From NCBI GenBank assembly GCA_964387845.1, contig CAYLXA010000004.1, positions 128,001-192,000 of the forward strand: a stretch of 64,000 nucleotides of DNA. Reading direction: 5' to 3'. This stretch comes from an uncultured bacterium. Its GTDB lineage: Bacteria; Omnitrophota; Omnitrophia; Omnitrophales; Abzuiibacteriaceae. The notes below the pieces were generated by a model. That model did not search any database, had not been told where the DNA came from, and saw only the letters and a list, made by a program, of their open reading frames with translations. The position numbers and the translations under genes were made by a program. Positions 59,347 through 64,000 of this stretch are shown in pieces. Every line of letters starts with the position of its first letter. The first letter of the stretch is position 1.

Positions 59347-62063
59347 TCTTTTCCTGCGGTTGCGATTTGCAGTTTCGCGGAATCCAAATACCGCGCAATG
59401 ACTTGACGAACATCTTTAGTCTTCAGCCGTTCAATCTTTTGAATAAACCCTTCTAATTCTTTGAGCGGAATACCCGCTTCATGCAAAGTTAAAATCTGAT
59501 CGGCCATGCCGGAAGAAGAAGCGAGTCCGATCCGGTAAAGCCCGATGATTTCCGTTTTTTTGCCCGCCAAGTCAGCTTCCGGGATTTCATCTTTTGAAAA
59601 TTGATTTAAAACATCCCGAATCGCCCGGACGGCTTCTTGCTTTTTTTCGGGCCGTACTGCCGCGCTGATTTTCCAATAACCATTTAAACGGCGGTCAAAA
59701 CCAGCCAGAGACGAACGAATTTGATAGGCAAGGCCTAATTCCTGCCTGATTTTTTGGAACAGAAGACTTGAAGAGCTGCCGCCCAAGATGAAATTGGCAA
59801 CTTGGAGGGCGGGGAAATCAGCATGGGCGCGCGTTATCGGAACGCCGGCGCCGAATGCCAGTGCAGTGTCGGCGCTTTCGGGAACAATCAGTGCTTGCTC
59901 GGCTTGTGATTCAGGAAAATCAAGTTTAGACGGCGAAATTTTGTTAGAGGTATTCGGCCAATCGCGTAGAGATTTTTGAATTGTTTCTTTTATTTTTTTA
60001 GAATCCAAGTCACCGGCCACTACGATATTTAATTGGTTTCGGCCAAAATGCTCTGCGTGAAATTTCCGGACATCATTGAGCGTTGCTTTCTCCAGCCAAT
60101 CGAGTTTTTCCTGAAGGGCAGTTTCGTGAAGCGGATAACTTCTAGGATAAATCATGCGCATAAGAGCGGCAGCCGCCTGCGTGGCGGCGGAAGACTTTTC
60201 GTTGATGAGGGAAGTTTTGAGCTGTGATTTAACGCGGCTGAAATCCTCCGGGCGGAAGCTTGGCTTGCGTAATTGCTCAAACATCAGCTCGAAAGTTTTT
60301 TCAGTTTCCGCTGTCAAAAATTTTGCTTCAAACGTAAATGCCTCTGAATCGACACCAAAAGAAATCTTGGAACCCATTCTTTCAAGCGCTTTGGACAGCC
60401 CGCCCGGTTCAAAGCCTTCGGTATTTTCAGACAACAGCAATGCGGTCAGTTCCGCCAGAACAGGGTTCGGCGAATAAAACCGGCCGGCGCCGGCAATGGA
60501 TCCCGCAGCATGCGCAATGCCACGGACACCGGTTTCTGCCAGAATAACCGTCGCGTTGTGGATGGTGTATGTCTGCGGCGAGGCAATCGGCTCACGGCGC
60601 AAGGCTTGGGCGTAATGTTTTTGTTGCTTGGTTTTCTTTCCGGATGTTTCAGTTTCTTTGGATAACTCATCCACAACAGGCGGTGCTGATTGCGATTTTT
60701 CTACCGTACTGTCTGTTTCAGTTGCGGGCGTCAGGCAGCCGATGGTGGTTTGGCCGGGAATGAGATATTGGTTTGCAACGCGAAGAATATCATCGGTTGT
60801 GACCGACTCCATCTTGTTTGTATTCGAAAAATAATTGGCCCAATCGCCGCTTCCGACCGCGTTAATCATTTGGCTGATGAAATCAAACGGACTGTCTTGC
60901 GCAAAAAGCCGATCGGAAATCGCCTGTCTTTTTGCAATTTCCAGTTCATCAGCCGTGACGCCGGAGCGTTTTAAATTTTGATAAGTCTGCAAGATCATTT
61001 TTTCTACGGATTCACAGGTCGCGTAAGGGCCCAGCCGCAGAGACATAATGAATAATCCCGGTTCGCGCAGCTCCGAAGTTTCGGATTCGATTTCAAGCGC
61101 CATGCCGGTTTGGACTAATTGCTGATGCAGCCGGCTGGAAGTGCCTCCGGCCAGTATTCTGCTCATCAAATGAAGCGCCGGAATGTCTGGATGTGTCCCT
61201 TCCGGTGATTTTTGAGCAATGTAAAGCCGCTTTTCATTACCGGATTTTTGAATGGCGACCCTGTTTTCGCGAGTCTGCGGCGGTTCTGCTTGTAAATTGC
61301 TTGCCGTGTGAGTGCGCGGCACAGAACCATAATATTTTTGAATGAACGATAAAATTTGACTTTCATCAAAGTCGCCGATCACGGCAATCGTTAAATTATT
61401 AGGCTGATAATGCCGGCCGTAATACCGTTTTAACGTACCGGTATCCATATTTTCAATTGATTCCGGGTAACCAATAATGGCGTAGCGGTACGGATGATTT
61501 TTAAAAGCCGCATTCCAGACAGTCTTTTCCAATTCCATTTTCGCGTTATTCGTTAAGATATTGTACTCGCTCGTGATGATGTCGATCTCGCGCTCAATGG
61601 CTTCATCGGAAAATAGGACATGGCGCATGCGTTCGGATTCAATTTCAAGTGCGAGTTCAACATGCTCGGTTGGGATGATTTCGTAGTAGGTTGTAACATC
61701 GCTGGATGTTTGGGCGTTAATCAAAGCGCCGGCCCGGTGCAGGGAATCCGGAATAGAAGTTCCGGATGCTTCATTGAATTTTTTCGTGCCTCGGAATGTG
61801 AGGTGCTCCAAAAAATGAGCGGTCCCGGCTCTTTGCGGTTCATCCTGCGCAGCGCCTGATCGGTAAATCGAAGCAACAGCGGCCAAACCGGGAAAGGGCG
61901 CGTGGGCCGTGAGCACGCGAAGCCCGTTGGATTTTAGCTCGTACTCCGTGATTCCGTTCAGTTCCTGAATCTTTTTGAAATCACGGCTCGGAAAATACGG
62001 CCAAAGCCACACAAACACAGCAATCAATAGAGCCCCAAGGGCCAAAATCCTGAATCTGTTCAT
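59343..62063 (-). CDS. M16 family zinc peptidase (double insulinase-like, pitrilysin family)
   Basis: An N-terminal signal/TM segment, an HxxEH zinc motif (HFLEHLTFRGT) and two M16 units. 906 aa. Confidence 0.85.
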   Translation of the reverse strand: MNRFRILALGALLIAVFVWLWPYFPSRDFKKIQELNGITEYELKSNGLRVLTAHAPFPGLAAVASIYRSGAAQDEPQRAGTAHFLEHLTFRGTKKFNEASGTSIPDSLHRAGALINAQTSSDVTTYYEIIPTEHVELALEIESERMRHVLFSDEAIEREIDIITSEYNILTNNAKMELEKTVWNAAFKNHPYRYAIIGYPESIENMDTGTLKRYYGRHYQPNNLTIAVIGDFDESQILSFIQKYYGSVPRTHTASNLQAEPPQTRENRVAIQKSGNEKRLYIAQKSPEGTHPDIPALHLMSRILAGGTSSRLHQQLVQTGMALEIESETSELREPGLFIMSLRLGPYATCESVEKMILQTYQNLKRSGVTADELEIAKRQAISDRLFAQDSPFDFISQMINAVGSGDWANYFSNTNKMESVTTDDILRVANQYLIPGQTTIGCLTPATETDSTVEKSQSAPPVVDELSKETETSGKKTKQQKHYAQALRREPIASPQTYTIHNATVILAETGVRGIAHAAGSIAGAGRFYSPNPVLAELTALLLSENTEGFEPGGLSKALERMGSKISFGVDSEAFTFEAKFLTAETEKTFELMFEQLRKPSFRPEDFSRVKSQLKTSLINEKSSAATQAAAALMRMIYPRSYPLHETALQEKLDWLEKATLNDVRKFHAEHFGRNQLNIVVAGDLDSKKIKETIQKSLRDWPNTSNKISPSKLDFPESQAEQALIVPESADTALAFGAGVPITRAHADFPALQVANFILGGSSSSLLFQKIRQELGLAYQIRSSLAGFDRRLNGYWKISAAVRPEKKQEAVRAIRDVLNQFSKDEIPEADLAGKKTEIIGLYRIGLASSSGMADQILTLHEAGIPLKELEGFIQKIERLKTKDVRQVIARYLDSAKLQIATAGKD

Positions 62064-62126
62064 TTTTGCACTATTAACGGCAATAACACCTTATCTATAA
62101 AGAATTTACAGGAAAATTCGATACTA

Positions 62127-62155
62127 TTGACAGCTCAAATGATTTCTGGTGTAAT
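62127..62155 (+). promoter_or_regulatory. sigma70-type promoter for lipA (TTGACA-N17-TGTAAT)
   Basis: A -35 TTGACA at 62127-62132, a 17-nt spacer and a -10 TGTAAT at 62150-62155. The ATG lies 55 nt downstream. Confidence 0.4.
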
Positions 62156-62210
62156 TTGTCAGTTTAAATAAGGTGTTGATGATGTCGCGTTTTGCAGTGA
62201 GTATTTCTGA

Positions 62211-63068
62211 ATGAAGCGTTTCCCAGGTTGGCTCCGAAAAGAACGGCTTCCCAGTTCGGTTCAATACACATCTCGTATTCTCACCGACGAAAAACTCAAC
62301 ACAGTTTGCGAATCCGCCAAGTGCCCGAATCGCATGGAATGTTTCGGGCGCAAAACAGCAACTTTCATGATTTTGGGCGATGTGTGTACGCGCAAATGCG
62401 GATTTTGTTCCATCGAAGCCGGAAAGCCCGTTGATTTTGATGCGCATGAACCGGAGCGGGTTGCGCGCGCGGCGTTCGAATTAGGATTAAAGCACGTGGT
62501 TGTGACATCGGTGGCTCGCGATGATTTGCAAGACGGCGGCGCGCAAAGATTTGCCGATACAATTCGCGCGATTCGAAATTTATTGCCGGAATCGACGATC
62601 GAAGTACTGACGCCTGATTTTAAATTGAATTTTGAATCGATCGACACAGTTTGTAACGCGGGGCCGGATATTTACAATCACAACATCGAAACAGTTGAGC
62701 GGCTCACGCCCGAAGTCAGGTCGCCGCTTGCGAAATACGCAAGGTCGCTTTCGCTTTTGAAATATGTGAAAACCAATTTCCCGCACATCATTACAAAAAG
62801 CGGCATGATGCTGGGTTTGGGCGAAACCAAAGAAGAAGTGATTCAAGCGCTTCGGGATTTGCGCGAGCATCAATGTGATGTGCTAACGATGGGCCAATAT
62901 TTGCAGCCCACGAAAGAAAAATTGGAAGTAAGTGAATTTATTCCGCCGTTTATTTTTGAATTCTATGAACAGCAGGCGCGCGAATTTGGGTTTCGCGAAG
63001 CTTATTGCGGGCCGTTTGTCCGGAGTTCTTACAATGCAGGGGAATTGAGCGAGAAGGTGTTAAATTAA
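62211..63068 (+). CDS. lipA: lipoyl synthase
   Basis: An auxiliary cluster CxxxxCxxxxxC (CPNRMECFGRKTATFMILGDVCTRKC) and radical-SAM CGFC motif. Confidence 0.9.
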   Translation: MKRFPGWLRKERLPSSVQYTSRILTDEKLNTVCESAKCPNRMECFGRKTATFMILGDVCTRKCGFCSIEAGKPVDFDAHEPERVARAAFELGLKHVVVTSVARDDLQDGGAQRFADTIRAIRNLLPESTIEVLTPDFKLNFESIDTVCNAGPDIYNHNIETVERLTPEVRSPLAKYARSLSLLKYVKTNFPHIITKSGMMLGLGETKEEVIQALRDLREHQCDVLTMGQYLQPTKEKLEVSEFIPPFIFEFYEQQAREFGFREAYCGPFVRSSYNAGELSEKVLN

Positions 63069-64000
63069 ATGAAAACCGAAAAACACGAAATTACATTTCA
63101 CGAAGCAAACCGCATGAAACGGCTGCCGCCTTATTTGTTTACGGTGGTAGACGGCTGGAAGCGCGAAGTAAAAGCCGAAGGCATGGACGTTATTGACTTC
63201 AGCATGGGCAATCCCGATTTTGATCCGCCAAAGCATGTGACGGCGGCTTTTCGTGACGCGCTGGAGATGCCGGAAATTCACCGCTATTCCAAATTTGACG
63301 GCGTTGTCGAAACTAAATTCCGAAAAGCAATCAGCAATTGGTATAAGCAGCGTTTCAATGTTGATTTAGATCCCGACACGGAAGTTTTGCCTTGCATCGG
63401 ATCGAAAGAAGGTATCGCGCATTTGTGCCTGGCCTATATGAATAGCGACGATCTGGCGCTTGTGCCTTCGCCGGCGTATCCCGTTCATTTCAACGGCGTC
63501 GTGATGGCGGGCGGCATTCTCTACAACATTCCTATTAAAGAAGAGGAAGGTTATTTGCCCGATTTCTTTTCGCTTCCGAAAGAAACGACCCGGCTTTCAA
63601 AACTTTTGTTCGTGAGCTATCCGCACAATCCGACCGCGGCCACGTGCGGGCTTGATTTTTACGAAAAAATGGCGAAGTGGATCAAAGACAAAAATATTAT
63701 CGTTGCATCCGATCTGGCATATTCCGATTTTGTGTTTGACGGAAAAAGAACACACAGCATTTTGGAAGTTAAGGAAGCGCGCAATTTCGCAATCGAATTT
63801 CACACCATGTCCAAATCTTACAGCATGCCGGGCGCGCGCGTCGGGTTTGCGGTCGGAAACCGCGAAATTTTAGCGGGATTGAATAAAACAAAAAGCTACT
63901 GCGATTTCGGACTTTTCCGCGCGGCACAGGTTGCGGCCACTACCGCGCTGTCGGGCCCGCAGGGTTATGTGAAGAAGATAGTCGGAATCTACAAAAAACG
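63069..64000 (+). CDS. aminotransferase class I/II (alanine/LL-DAP aminotransferase-like), 3' truncated by window edge
   Basis: ATG at 63069 with an open frame to the window end (MKTEKHEITFHEANRMKRLPPYLF...). It is not in the ORF track because no stop falls inside the window. The PLP-binding Lys region SKSYSMPG is present. Confidence 0.75.
   Translation, partial: MKTEKHEITFHEANRMKRLPPYLFTVVDGWKREVKAEGMDVIDFSMGNPDFDPPKHVTAAFRDALEMPEIHRYSKFDGVVETKFRKAISNWYKQRFNVDLDPDTEVLPCIGSKEGIAHLCLAYMNSDDLALVPSPAYPVHFNGVVMAGGILYNIPIKEEEGYLPDFFSLPKETTRLSKLLFVSYPHNPTAATCGLDFYEKMAKWIKDKNIIVASDLAYSDFVFDGKRTHSILEVKEARNFAIEFHTMSKSYSMPGARVGFAVGNREILAGLNKTKSYCDFGLFRAAQVAATTALSGPQGYVKKIVGIYKK

Overview
This is a 64-kb bacterial chromosomal window at roughly 45-50% GC. 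Many genes have Shine-Dalgarno sites and lipA has a TTGACA-N17-TGTAAT promoter, so the host looks like a diderm that uses SD and sigma70-type signals despite carrying a Gld-like ABC exporter. No CRISPR array or rRNA is present.

Gene order, left to right:
- A minus-strand surface-glycan locus: an edge-truncated ORF, a sulfotransferase, two SDR epimerase/dehydratases (one with a Cys4 zinc-ribbon insert), a Wzt/Wzm-type ABC exporter, a GT4, a GtrB/DPM1-like GT2 and a divergent ArnT/PMT-like GT-C.
- znuACB, a small orphan gene with its own SD and terminator, and glgC.
- A DsbA-like protein with a MauE/DoxX-like membrane partner, then tRNA-Phe.
- ROK glucokinase, tRNA-Arg and an M48 lipoprotein peptidase.
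- A complete oxidative pentose-phosphate operon, pgi-gnd-zwf-pgl.
- A GldA / GldF-GldG-fusion / DUF4340 ABC exporter.
- A tRNA-Lys / tRNA-Leu / tRNA-Gly cluster carrying duplicated tRNA fragments.
- A housekeeping block: tig-clpP, a class-V aminotransferase with serA, purA-uppS-cdsA-dxr-rseP-proS, gltA, mlaEFD, lpdA, an NAD(P)HX epimerase and miaB.
- An AT-rich integrated element made of a large serine recombinase, a replication-relaxation protein, iteron-like tandem repeats and a hairpin. The recombinase ORF runs 82 bp into the start of miaB.
- A MarR / tautomerase / TolC / MFP / RND / MarR efflux operon, a small regulator-plus-membrane cluster, and a sharply GC-rich DoxX islet.
- cmoA (carboxy-SAM synthase) paired with an ICMT/PEMT-family membrane methyltransferase rather than cmoB, then an M16 peptidase, lipA and an edge-truncated aminotransferase.

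The most interesting items are the integrated element with its ori-like repeats, the cmoA-ICMT pairing, the sulfotransferase-containing glycan locus, and the tRNA-associated repeat scars.
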